This document shows positions 41,701 through 49,418 of a DNA stretch of 64,000 bases, one piece after another. The first letter of the stretch is position 1, and every line of letters begins with the position of its first letter. The DNA lies in assembly GCA_965205215.1 (NCBI GenBank), contig OZ242041.1, positions 2,016,001-2,080,000 of the forward strand, read 5' to 3'. Source of the DNA: Nitrosopumilus sp. (GTDB lineage Archaea > Thermoproteota > Nitrososphaeria > Nitrososphaerales > Nitrosopumilaceae). The translations under genes and the position numbers were made by a program. The notes beneath the pieces are model-generated. The model was not told the DNA's origin. It saw only the letters and a program-made list of their open reading frames with translations, and made no database searches.

Positions 41701-41986
41701 TGCCTGCCCACGCGTACGTGTGCTCCTGGTCGCCGCTCACGCCCAAGCTGGTGTTGCCGTCACCCCAGTCTATGGCGTAGGTACCGGTGGCGCCGCCCAC
41801 CGGAATTTTTATCGTCCTGTCATCCCAGGTGACGCTCCATACGGTGACAAAGTCGTCAGAAGGGGCGGCCGCGGCCGGCACGGCGGCCGGCAGCAACGCA
41901 AACGCGGCGCATGCCCCGCCCACCACCAAGACAGCAACTGACACAATCAATACACGAGCCGCACTCGAGAGTAACGCGCGTGTCAA
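38768..41986 (-). CDS. Secreted DUF285 (BspA-like 25-aa repeat) surface protein with five PKD/Ig-like repeats
   Basis: Signal peptide, IDWGDG domain, ~13 repeats of FxxDLSGWxTSSVTDMxxMF, five N.PP.ADAG.D.TV.EG..V.L.G..SSDPDGD units. Confidence 0.93.
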   Translation of the reverse strand: MTRALLSSAARVLIVSVAVLVVGGACAAFALLPAAVPAAAAPSDDFVTVWSVTWDDRTIKIPVGGATGTYAIDWGDGNTSLGVSGDQEHTYAWAGTYTVRISGDFTRILLGGDVTNAEKLKSIDQWGSMRWSSMESAFADARNVRYAADDSPNLSGVSSLSRMFSSAYYFNGDLSGWNTSSVTDMSGMFDGAHNFDADLSGWDISSVTDMNRMFYNAHNFDADLSDWDTSSVTDMNRMFRGAAYFDADLSDWDTSSVTDMGETFFRAYSFSANISDWDTSSVTDMNRMFSEISGFCGDWNTSPCLSGWDTSRVTNMSEMFRSSHFNGDLSGWNTSSVTDMSGMFYNAYYFDADLSGWDTSRVTDMSYMFFESGATPDLSGWNTSSVTDMSGMFYGAMYFNADLSGWNTSSVTDMSRMFQDAMDFNGDISGWDTSSVTDMRGMFSHAYNIAADLSGWDTSSVTDMSEMFYITYEFNSDISGWDVSNVADMYYMFYYASAFSQNLGPWYITLNSTRIGGDGTYAAEIAAQNAVLHRHNPSYSLVDTGAYPDNANFTISSDNVLMIKPNAPPKDKYLINIGAESADSFGTGNTRQLEIYASSHLNRPPAADAGTDQTVSEGSAVSLDGSSSSDPDGDTLSYLWVAPQGITLQNANTAAPSFAAPPVASDTPYTITLAVSDGTDTDTDTMIVTVRNVNLPPTADAGADQTVSEGATVNLNGSSSSDPDGDSLSYSWTAPQGITLQNANTAAPSFAAPSVTSDTPYTITLAVSDGTDTDTDTVIVTVRNVNLPPTADAGADQTVSEGATVNLNGSSSSDPDGDSLSYSWTAPQGITLQNANTAAPSFAAPSVTSDTPYTITLTVSDGTDTDTDTMVVTVRSVSAQQQQQPTNRAPTADAGADLTVREGATVYLSGFASSDPDGDSITYGWTISPSVTLKNADAPAPSFTAPDISADTNYTLTLTVSDGTDTATDTVVVTVENNLPPTADAGADLTVSEGAIVYLNGFASSDPDGDSITYGWTISPPIPLKNADAPAPSFTAPDISADTNYTLTLTVSDGTDTATDTVVVTVRSAPVQ
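38775..40185 (-). repeat. Five ~273-276-bp intragenic repeats (PKD-like domains)
   Basis: Near-identical units with 276-bp period at 39435/39711/39987, plus two units of a second subtype at 38775-39330. Confidence 0.93.
40520..41500 (-). repeat. ~75-bp intragenic DUF285 repeats
   Basis: Recurring CATGTCGGTTACGCTGGAGGTGT(C/T)CCAG(C/T)CGGAGAGGTCG separated by variable segments. Confidence 0.93.
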
Positions 41987-42098
41987 TACTGCCCATCATG
42001 ACATCAGTATATAACGTAACGGTAAATGTAACTATATGTTTCCTAATTGTACCAGTAGACGCGTCATACCGTCGTCGACAGGGACACGGCAGGTGTGC

Positions 42099-42776
42099 AT
42101 GGGGCGGATTAGGGAACAAAGTTACGGCCTGCGATCAGATAAATATCGCACGTGCCGCTTTTTCCTCGTGTCTTCGTCCTCCCCCCTCTCGCCCATACCG
42201 TGGTTTGACGACATACAGGGCGTTGCGTACCGGTACTATGACCTGCGGATGAACGTGGCCCCGCTGATTGCGGACCAAAAGCAGTCACTGTACATATGGC
42301 AAGAGACCATACACTGGTGGCTCGACCACACCATCAAGATCAGGTTCGTCGAGTCCGACGGCGACGGCACCTACTGGTTCATCATGGGCGCCCAGACCCA
42401 GAGGCCCTCCTCGAACCTCTCGTTTTACAAGAATCTCCCGATATCAGACAATTATGAGCGCTTCAAAAAGGGGCACGACGGCGAGGCATATCTGCGGCTT
42501 GGCGTGTACAAGAAAAAGGCGCTCGAGGAGGCCAAGGGAGGCGAGATCTGCAAGTGTGGCCACGAGGCAAGTGATCACGACGAGAACGACAATGACGCGT
42601 GCCTCTACAAGGTATGCGACTGCAAGGAGTTTGTCACGTTCCAGGTTACGCTGTCCCGCAGAAAAAAGACGGTGACCGACATTGAATTCATCAGCGAATC
42701 CGACGAGGAGGCGGTCCGGGGCGACCCGCTCGTATGGAACTGCATGTACACGCACAAGTACTCCAAGGAATCATGA
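42099..42776 (+). CDS. Hypothetical protein with Cys/His metal-binding motif
   Basis: CKCGH...DH.....C....CDC. Start uncertain. Confidence 0.65.
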   Translation: MGRIREQSYGLRSDKYRTCRFFLVSSSSPLSPIPWFDDIQGVAYRYYDLRMNVAPLIADQKQSLYIWQETIHWWLDHTIKIRFVESDGDGTYWFIMGAQTQRPSSNLSFYKNLPISDNYERFKKGHDGEAYLRLGVYKKKALEEAKGGEICKCGHEASDHDENDNDACLYKVCDCKEFVTFQVTLSRRKKTVTDIEFISESDEEAVRGDPLVWNCMYTHKYSKES

Positions 42777-42822
42777 TGATAATGACTATAGGTAGCAGTG
42801 GCGGCGACAGACGCAGACGCGG

Positions 42823-42990
42823 CTAGTCAAGATCCCTGTTGACCCTGACGTGCTCTCCGGGATAATGATCGTGTATCCTCTTTGAATAGCAGTTGCCGCA
42901 TAGCGGGCCCTCCACGTCCCACTCCTTCATAGGGTAGAATTCACGCTGGGTCGATGCCTTGCACACGGTGCACGTCTTCTCCCTTGCCAT
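42823..42990 (-). CDS. Small zinc-finger protein
   Basis: CTVC...PMKEW.V.G.LCGNCYSK. Confidence 0.75.
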   Translation of the reverse strand: MAREKTCTVCKASTQREFYPMKEWDVEGPLCGNCYSKRIHDHYPGEHVRVNRDLD

Positions 42991-43151
42991 CGGCCGCGCT
43001 ATCTTGCATCTGTATAAAAACGATCTTTCAGGCGGGTTCCACATGGTGACGCGTGCCCGTACATGGATCGGACGGGGCATGCGCGGCCCTTGGACTCAAC
43101 TATTTAGCACCCTGCGGGCCGCGCCAATGCGTGGAGGGCAACATCCGGCTG

Positions 43152-43616
43152 ATGGTTGTGGCCGCGATAGCGGCATCCGTACTTGCGGTTTCGGTGGTGG
43201 CGGTGGTGGCGGTAATCGCGATTGACGAGTCTGATCCCTCCGGCAACGGCTCGGGGGCCGGCGATAACGGCGCGACCAATATGGACGGCACCGTGCAGAC
43301 ACTGGACCCGGATGGCCGCGACACAGACGTCTCAATGCCGACAAAGGTGTCGCGGCCAGGCTGCGAGGAGACCGACGGCTGCTACATGCCGTCCGTATAC
43401 GAGGCGCCTGCCGGGGAGCCCATAACGTGGACAAACGAGGACTCTGCATTCCACACCGTGACGGCCGGCACGTACGACAGCCCGGCAGGTACCTTTGATA
43501 GCGGGTACATGGACCCGTACGACTCCTACACGCTCTCCTTCAAGGCCCCAGGCACGTACAAGTACTACTGCACGCTGCATCCCTGGATGGAGGGTACGGT
43601 AATCATAACCCCCTGA
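43152..43616 (+). CDS. Cupredoxin (plastocyanin/azurin family)
   Basis: N-terminal TM, W.N.D...HTVT, FDSG, YYCTLHPWM.G type-1 copper site. Confidence 0.93.
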   Translation: MVVAAIAASVLAVSVVAVVAVIAIDESDPSGNGSGAGDNGATNMDGTVQTLDPDGRDTDVSMPTKVSRPGCEETDGCYMPSVYEAPAGEPITWTNEDSAFHTVTAGTYDSPAGTFDSGYMDPYDSYTLSFKAPGTYKYYCTLHPWMEGTVIITP

Positions 43617-43624
43617 TAATTACG

Positions 43625-43696
43625 AGGTAAGAGAGGGAGTCGAACCCCCTTGTATAGGCTTTGCAGGCCCACGCATAACCGTTCTGCCACCTTACC
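43625..43696 (-). tRNA. tRNA-Cys(GCA)
   Basis: GGTAAGG/TCTTACC-T acceptor, TGGGC-CT GCA AA-GCCTA anticodon arm, GGTTCGACTCC. Confidence 0.92.
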
Positions 43697-43730
43697 GGCG
43701 TGCGTGAGGCGCGCAAGCAATTAATCCTTG

Positions 43731-43949
43731 CTATATCCGGTAGTGGCGCGTCGCCATCCTGACGTCCTCGCCCTTGACGGTCCGGCGGTTTGCATGCCCC
43801 GCCATCTCTACGGCGCCCTTTGCTATGCCGTCTGCTACCTCCTCTACGGTTCTTCTAAGCTCCTCGGCCGACTCGTCGCTGACCCGGGCGGCCCCCGCTT
43901 TTTTGAGGATCCTGTACATGACGGTGATGCCAAACTCTGATTTTGCCAT
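43731..43949 (-). CDS. Archaeal histone (HMf-like)
   Basis: RILKKAGA.RVSD.., A.HANRRTVK.EDV. Confidence 0.95.
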   Translation of the reverse strand: MAKSEFGITVMYRILKKAGAARVSDESAEELRRTVEEVADGIAKGAVEMAGHANRRTVKGEDVRMATRHYRI

Positions 43950-44041
43950 GCGCGCGTATGCGCGTCCCGCTCAAAAAGACACTAGGCAAAAAAAATGCAA
44001 CCATTGAATCGATTTATACAAACCAACTTTGCTGTGCCAGC

Positions 44042-44815
44042 ATGGCGCGATACGTGGACTCCCATGTCCACCTGTCAGACGCCGAATATGCCGGCGAGTT
44101 GGATTACACGGTCTCGTACATGGAGCGCTTGGACATAGCCGCATGCGCCGTGTCCATGGACTACGCAGACTCGGTCAGGACGCTGGAGATATCCGACATG
44201 GGCGCCTGCATTCTGCCCTTTGTCGGGATACACCCCGAGCGCGTCGCGGGTCCCGACACGGAGGATGCGCTGCGCGATACCTCGGTTCTTGCCGAACAGA
44301 ACGCCGACCGCATAGCCGGGATAGGCGAGATCGGGCTCGACCCCACCTATGCCAGTGACGGCAGGATACCCTCGGGCCAAGTGCGCGTCTTTGAGCACAT
44401 GCTGGAACTGGCGTCGCGACTCGGAAAGCCCGTCTCCATACACTCGAGAAAGAGCCTCGAGCGCGTGTTTGACGTCATGACATCTTTTGATGCGGAACGC
44501 GCGTCGCTGCACTGGTTTGACGGCAGCAAGAGGCAGCTTGCGCGGGCGCGCGACATGGGCTTTTACGTGTCATTTGGGCCAGTCGCCACATATGCAAACG
44601 ACAAGCAGAGGCTGATTGAGCTGTCCGACATGGACAGGATTCTGGTGGAGACAGACGGGCCCGTGCGGTTCTCAAGGTGCTTTGAGCTCAAGGCGGGACA
44701 CCCCTGTTTTGTTGCAAGCGTGCTCCATGCCGTGGCAGAGGTGCGCCGCATGCCATTTGACTCCGCGGTGGACGCGGTTGCAGAAAACTCTGCAAACTAT
44801 CTCGGGATGAGATGA
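44042..44815 (+). CDS. tatD: TatD family DNase
   Basis: DSHVHL, GIHPE, IGEIGLD, IHSR, LVETDGP. Confidence 0.95.
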   Translation: MARYVDSHVHLSDAEYAGELDYTVSYMERLDIAACAVSMDYADSVRTLEISDMGACILPFVGIHPERVAGPDTEDALRDTSVLAEQNADRIAGIGEIGLDPTYASDGRIPSGQVRVFEHMLELASRLGKPVSIHSRKSLERVFDVMTSFDAERASLHWFDGSKRQLARARDMGFYVSFGPVATYANDKQRLIELSDMDRILVETDGPVRFSRCFELKAGHPCFVASVLHAVAEVRRMPFDSAVDAVAENSANYLGMR

Positions 44816-45021
44816 TCCCTCGGAGGCCGGTGCGACACGCATGCGCCGGCCGCAGCGTGCCGGGCCGCATGCGGTGGTGGCAAGGGTCGGCAATGATAAC
44901 GATATGGCGGTAGAGACGGCAACGGCGAGAGCGGCGCGGCCAGCCTGCTCGGCCCCCGCGCCAGCCTGCGACGGCACGGCGAGACTCATAGGTATAAAAT
45001 ACCCCCGCAGCATGTGGCGTT

Positions 45022-45507
45022 GTGGACAGGGTAAGACGCCTCTCACTTGAGGTACTGGAGAAACACCGGTCGGAGTTCGGCGAAGATTTTGCCCACAACA
45101 AAAAGACGCTCGACTGCATCTCCGTCGTACGCTCAAAGGGACTCAAGAACGAGATTGCAGGCTACATCACAAAGACGGTCAAAAACGAGATGCGCGCAGC
45201 AAGGGCGCGGGAGGCGCAGGAACGGGCAAGGGCCGAGGAGGAAGAGGCGCAGAGAGTCGCCGAGGAGGAGGCTGCCGCTGCCGCTGCAAAGGCGGCCGCG
45301 GCCAAGGACGAGCAGGGTGACGACGCGTCCGGCGGCGATGTTGAACGCGCAAATGACAATAATGACGACGGTACTATAGACGACGGCAAGGAACCTGGCA
45401 TGGTTGCCACTGCCGATGCCACTGCAGAAGGCGTCGAAACCACGCTAGACGCGGCTTCCACCGCGCCACCTGCAAGCGACAGCGACAGTGCCGGAAGCAG
45501 TGCCTGA
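45022..45507 (+). CDS. rps17e: 30S ribosomal protein S17e with acidic tail
   Basis: F..DF..NKK, SK.LKN.IAGYIT. Confidence 0.92.
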   Translation: MDRVRRLSLEVLEKHRSEFGEDFAHNKKTLDCISVVRSKGLKNEIAGYITKTVKNEMRAARAREAQERARAEEEEAQRVAEEEAAAAAAKAAAAKDEQGDDASGGDVERANDNNDDGTIDDGKEPGMVATADATAEGVETTLDAASTAPPASDSDSAGSSA

Positions 45508-45545
45508 TCTGATACAGTCTTAAGGCCTGCACGGGCGGGCCACGG

Positions 45546-46346
45546 ATGATGATTACAGTAGAGCTTGTCGGCGGCGCAAAAAAGTCGTTTGGGACCGACA
45601 GGGTGCACATAGAGAGATCCGAGATCACGATAACCGGGATCTTTGAGGTGCTGCAGGGCATGCGCGTGGAGGGAGCCCCCGCACTGGATCCGCGCAACAC
45701 GCTTGTCGCAATAAACGGCATCGACACATCTGCCGCCGACGGCATGGACTCTGTTGCCAAAAGCGGCGACACGGTCAGCGTCATACCTGTGATACACGGG
45801 GGCGCCCGCGGCCGGGAGCGCGTCAGGTTTGAGATCGGGGGCAGGCGCCTAGAGGTTCTGGCGGTGCGGCCGGAGGGGCCGCCGGGTTCCGCGTTCCTCG
45901 ATGATCTGCGCGGACGCCACCCAAGGCTGAGCATACAGGCGCTGTCCGCCAGGTTCGTACTGAACAGGTCCCACGCGCAAAAGATACTGGCCCTGTCAGT
46001 AGAGTCCGACAAGAGGGGCATCCTGATTGCAAACCGCGTCGAGACGGACATCCTGATGCGGTTTGCCCTCACCACGCAGATATCTGCCGCCATAAGGACT
46101 GCAGGCATCAGGCCCTCCTCATCGGACGCCTTTCTGGTCGTGTCCATGGGGCCCACAAGGGCGCTCGACTCGCTGTACAGGGAACTGGAGCCCCTTCTGA
46201 CCGAGCCGTTCACGGCAGACAATGCGGGATTCCTGCGCAAAGAGTTCCGCATCACCAAGAGGACTATAAACTCGGCCCCGTCTGAGACGCCGCTCGAGGA
46301 CGTCCTGGCAGAGCGCGCCGCGGTGCTAAACGCCTCTGCCGCGTGA
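45546..46346 (+). CDS. Ubiquitin-like ThiS/MoaD domain fused to KEOPS subunit Cgi121
   Basis: Beta-grasp N-terminus ending IPVIHGG, followed by H...A......ETDILMRFALT.QIS.AI...G (Cgi121). Confidence 0.82.
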   Translation: MMITVELVGGAKKSFGTDRVHIERSEITITGIFEVLQGMRVEGAPALDPRNTLVAINGIDTSAADGMDSVAKSGDTVSVIPVIHGGARGRERVRFEIGGRRLEVLAVRPEGPPGSAFLDDLRGRHPRLSIQALSARFVLNRSHAQKILALSVESDKRGILIANRVETDILMRFALTTQISAAIRTAGIRPSSSDAFLVVSMGPTRALDSLYRELEPLLTEPFTADNAGFLRKEFRITKRTINSAPSETPLEDVLAERAAVLNASAA

Positions 46347-46347
46347 G

Positions 46348-46872
46348 TCACGCGTTCATGCCGCGGCGTACCTTTTCTGCACTAAAGATCTCCGAGTCGC
46401 GCAGTACGGAGATGCCGGTGGTCCCACCAAGTACCTCTATCAGCACGGTCGCGTCGGCATGCTCAAGTGAGACGGGGTTGCTGATGCCGCGGGCGATTCC
46501 GGATATTATCTCGCTTCCGGAGACGCCCGTGTTGCGCTTTTCGACCGTGATCCTGTACGTCGCATCCCCGGGTATCTCTTGCAGGGCCATCGCAGTCGCC
46601 GCGTCAACAATCTCCCCGACGTCTGTCTTGACGGTCTCGAATACCGGGATGACCCTCAGGCAGTACCTTATCGACCACGGCTCGTCTTCGAGCGTCTCCC
46701 TGAACTTGGCCGGGACTGACGCCGGCTCGACCCCCGTGCTGGCAGTCAGGATTCCCGACATGGGGGTGACCGTAATGTCGGGGCTGTCGTCGCCCATCGA
46801 TCCCAGCACTCTGGCAAGCTCGCCTGCCGCGTCCTCCTCAGTGTGCCTCGCGCACGTTATGATCAGGTTCAT
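46348..46872 (-). CDS. THUMP domain RNA-binding protein
   Basis: RVIPV, YRITVEKR, VSLE.AD..VLIEVLG..TGIS. Confidence 0.9.
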   Translation of the reverse strand: MNLIITCARHTEEDAAGELARVLGSMGDDSPDITVTPMSGILTASTGVEPASVPAKFRETLEDEPWSIRYCLRVIPVFETVKTDVGEIVDAATAMALQEIPGDATYRITVEKRNTGVSGSEIISGIARGISNPVSLEHADATVLIEVLGGTTGISVLRDSEIFSAEKVRRGMNA

Positions 46873-47513
46873 GCCCCTAGCAGCTCCTGCATGCTCAGCC
46901 GGCCGCCCTCCCTTATCATGGTGACGCGCCCGCCCCTGGCGTCCACGACGGTGGACTCCGCGGGGTCGCGTATGACTCCGCCGTCGAGGATCATGTCGTA
47001 TCCCTTCATTGCGCCGGCGCACGCATCAGGATCGCCTGTCGACCCCGCGCCGGACACGTTGGCGCTGGTGCCTGCAATCATGCGGCAGGAGCCAAGCAGC
47101 ATCTGGGCGCACCTGTGGGCGGGGACCCGGAGGGCGATCCCGCCCCCGTGCCCACCAAGGTGCAGGGACTCGGCAAGCCGCCTGTCGCGCACGTCGAGGA
47201 TCATCGTAAGGGGGCCCGGCCAGAACCTGCTTGCCATGCGCCGAACCGCCTCGTCGTCCATTACGGATATCCTGCCGGCGGTCCTGGCGGAGTCGACTAG
47301 TACTGGCAGCGGCTTTGTCCGCTCCCTCGACTTTATGTCGTATACCCTCTGGACCGCCCTGGCGTTGTAGGGGTCGCATCCTATGCCGTATACCGTATCG
47401 GTCGGGAATATTATGACCCCCCCGCTTCTGACCAGCCGTGCGGCAGCAGCAATCCCGTCGCTGTCGCAGGCCACCCTGGTCATGGCCCCCTCGCCGCCGG
47501 TGTCCTCTGTCAT
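46869..47513 (-). CDS. Threonylcarbamoyl-AMP synthase (Sua5/TsaC)
   Basis: FPTDTVYGIG, K.R...KPL, FWPGPLT, TSANVSG, STVVD, IREG. Confidence 0.95.
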   Translation of the reverse strand: MTEDTGGEGAMTRVACDSDGIAAAARLVRSGGVIIFPTDTVYGIGCDPYNARAVQRVYDIKSRERTKPLPVLVDSARTAGRISVMDDEAVRRMASRFWPGPLTMILDVRDRRLAESLHLGGHGGGIALRVPAHRCAQMLLGSCRMIAGTSANVSGAGSTGDPDACAGAMKGYDMILDGGVIRDPAESTVVDARGGRVTMIREGGRLSMQELLGA

Positions 47514-47622
47514 GGATGTGCTGCGCCGGCGCATCTAATATTTTGTACAGGGCCGCGTTCCGGCGGCCGTGCCTTGCAGGGGCGCGTCAAAGCTTTAATT
47601 CGGCCGCCGCGACGGGGCGCGC

Positions 47623-47823
47623 ATGTCCGACCCGACCGACTACGGCGACACCGAGTTCGAGGACGACTTTGACGACGAGTTCGAGGACGACTTTGACGAC
47701 GAGTTCGAGGCGGGGTTGCCGCCCTTGTCGTACAGCCGGGCATCATCGCCACCCTTGCCGCCACAACTGCCACCACAATCACCGACGGCGTCTCCCCCTG
47801 TATGTGACTCGGCATGGTCATGA
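47623..47823 (+). CDS. Possible small acidic/Pro-rich protein containing a 24-bp tandem repeat (47653-47710)
   Basis: GAGTTCGAGGACGACTTTGACGAC x2.4 (EFEDDFDD). TATA-like TTTAAT ~30 bp upstream. Confidence 0.35.
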   Translation: MSDPTDYGDTEFEDDFDDEFEDDFDDEFEAGLPPLSYSRASSPPLPPQLPPQSPTASPPVCDSAWS

Positions 47824-47864
47824 CGGAGGAGCCCGCTTCTGGCCGGGCGGCCTCGTGCCTGCCG

Positions 47865-48152
47865 TCATATGTTCAGGCCGTAGTCGCTTGAAAACTCCGT
47901 GAACGTGTTGTATGCCAGGAGGAACTCTCTTCCGTTCTCGCTTATCCTGTACTTGCTGGAGTTCTTTGTCCTGTCCACTTCCAAGAGTCCCTGCTTGACT
48001 AGCATGCTCAGTATCTCGGACAGCCGGGGGTACGAGACGTTGGCTTTCTTAATCAGGTATGTTACGGTGGCCCCCTGCTCGTCCTGGCAGTCGTCCCTGG
48101 TCGTGGATAGTATGTCTCCGATTATTTCCATGCGGGTGCGGTATCCTGCCAT
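47865..48152 (-). CDS. Winged-helix transcriptional regulator (paralog of 38191-38472)
   Basis: YRTR.EI..DIL, KANVSY.RL, ISENGREFL, FGL/YGL C-terminus. Confidence 0.88.
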   Translation of the reverse strand: MAGYRTRMEIIGDILSTTRDDCQDEQGATVTYLIKKANVSYPRLSEILSMLVKQGLLEVDRTKNSSKYRISENGREFLLAYNTFTEFSSDYGLNI

Positions 48153-48264
48153 GCATATGATACGCGCATCTTGTATGATAAAGTACTGATTTTGACTGGT
48201 AAACCAAAGAGCAAAAAGATCTTGACTAACTCTGCATGCGGCGTGCTCTCGGCCTGCGATCGCG

Positions 48265-49110
48265 TCATCTGCCGTCCTTCGGCTCCCCGCGTCCGGGGCT
48301 TCCGCCGCCTAGCGCCGGTGCGGACCGCGCCCCCTCTGCTGCCGCCGGCCCCTGCCCGCGCCCGTGCGCATAGGCGCCTCCGTCACCCTTGCCTTCCTCG
48401 CGGCGCGCGCCGTCATCTTCTCTCCCCTCCTCCTCCTCCTCCCCTTCCTCTTCCCACTCGTCCCCCTCGCCATCCAGGCCGTCGTCGACCCTTATGCGCG
48501 TGAGCGGCAGCCTGCTTACGGGTATGAAGAGGGCGACAAGCCCGGCGATCTTTATCGATATGGACGTCGTGTACAGTATGGACTCTGGGAATACAAACGA
48601 GTACCATCCGAGAAACTCGCCGAGCGCCAAGAGCGCCAGCCCCGACGCCACCGATATGGCCCCGCGGTTGCGGGTGTCCAGATACGACAGTATGGTCTCG
48701 ATGGCCCCGTATGCCAAGAGTATGAACGAGATGGACCTGAATATGTGCTCTATCTGTACGGACGATATCAGGAACAGCGGCACCACGCCCACCGACCTAA
48801 AGTAGCTTGACTTTGGCAGAAAGGCCTTGATGCTGTGTGAAAAGGCGATGAAGAAATACCCGACCGTCTGGACTATGATGCCGGTGGTCTGCACCCACCT
48901 CTCTATGTCGCCGGACTTTGTCACAAAATCCGCGGCCAGGTAGCCGACCCATATGATCAGGAACCCGGCGCTTATGGCAAAGAATGCGATTGTGAGTCTA
49001 AAGAGTGTCGGACTGCCGGTATTGCGGAATCCGATCAGCGACATCAGGCCTATGGCCAGCCCCACGATAAACCCTATCATGTTGAGTATGTTCTCTAGCA
49101 GAAACTCCAC
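48265..49110 (-). CDS. Polytopic membrane protein (~7 TM) with acidic/Gly tail
   Basis: Seven hydrophobic segments. GTG start. Confidence 0.75.
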   Translation of the reverse strand: MEFLLENILNMIGFIVGLAIGLMSLIGFRNTGSPTLFRLTIAFFAISAGFLIIWVGYLAADFVTKSGDIERWVQTTGIIVQTVGYFFIAFSHSIKAFLPKSSYFRSVGVVPLFLISSVQIEHIFRSISFILLAYGAIETILSYLDTRNRGAISVASGLALLALGEFLGWYSFVFPESILYTTSISIKIAGLVALFIPVSRLPLTRIRVDDGLDGEGDEWEEEGEEEEEGREDDGARREEGKGDGGAYAHGRGQGPAAAEGARSAPALGGGSPGRGEPKDGR

Positions 49111-49157
49111 GGTGTCTGATTGTCGTTGCAGTATTTAGTCTCTAGGCCCACTACTGC

Positions 49158-49370
49158 CTAGTCCCACTCGTCGAGGGTACCGGACGACTGCCCCTTGCTG
49201 GCGGCCCCGGCATAGTCGCTCAGTATGTCCGAGTATGTGGGATCGTTGTGCGCGACGTACTCTACATAGTCCCCATAACTCATGTCAAACTCGCACGTGC
49301 CGCACTTTACCTTGGCAAAGTCCGGTGAGAGTACCGCATCCTCCCTGCACTTGGGGCACTTTATCTTCAC
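49158..49370 (-). CDS. Zinc-ribbon protein
   Basis: CPKC...C.TC. Ends TLDEWD. Confidence 0.7.
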   Translation of the reverse strand: MKIKCPKCREDAVLSPDFAKVKCGTCEFDMSYGDYVEYVAHNDPTYSDILSDYAGAASKGQSSGTLDEWD

Positions 49371-49418
49371 GCGCGGCCGTAGGTGTCGGCCACTATTATG
49401 ACTTGTGAGAACCGGTTC

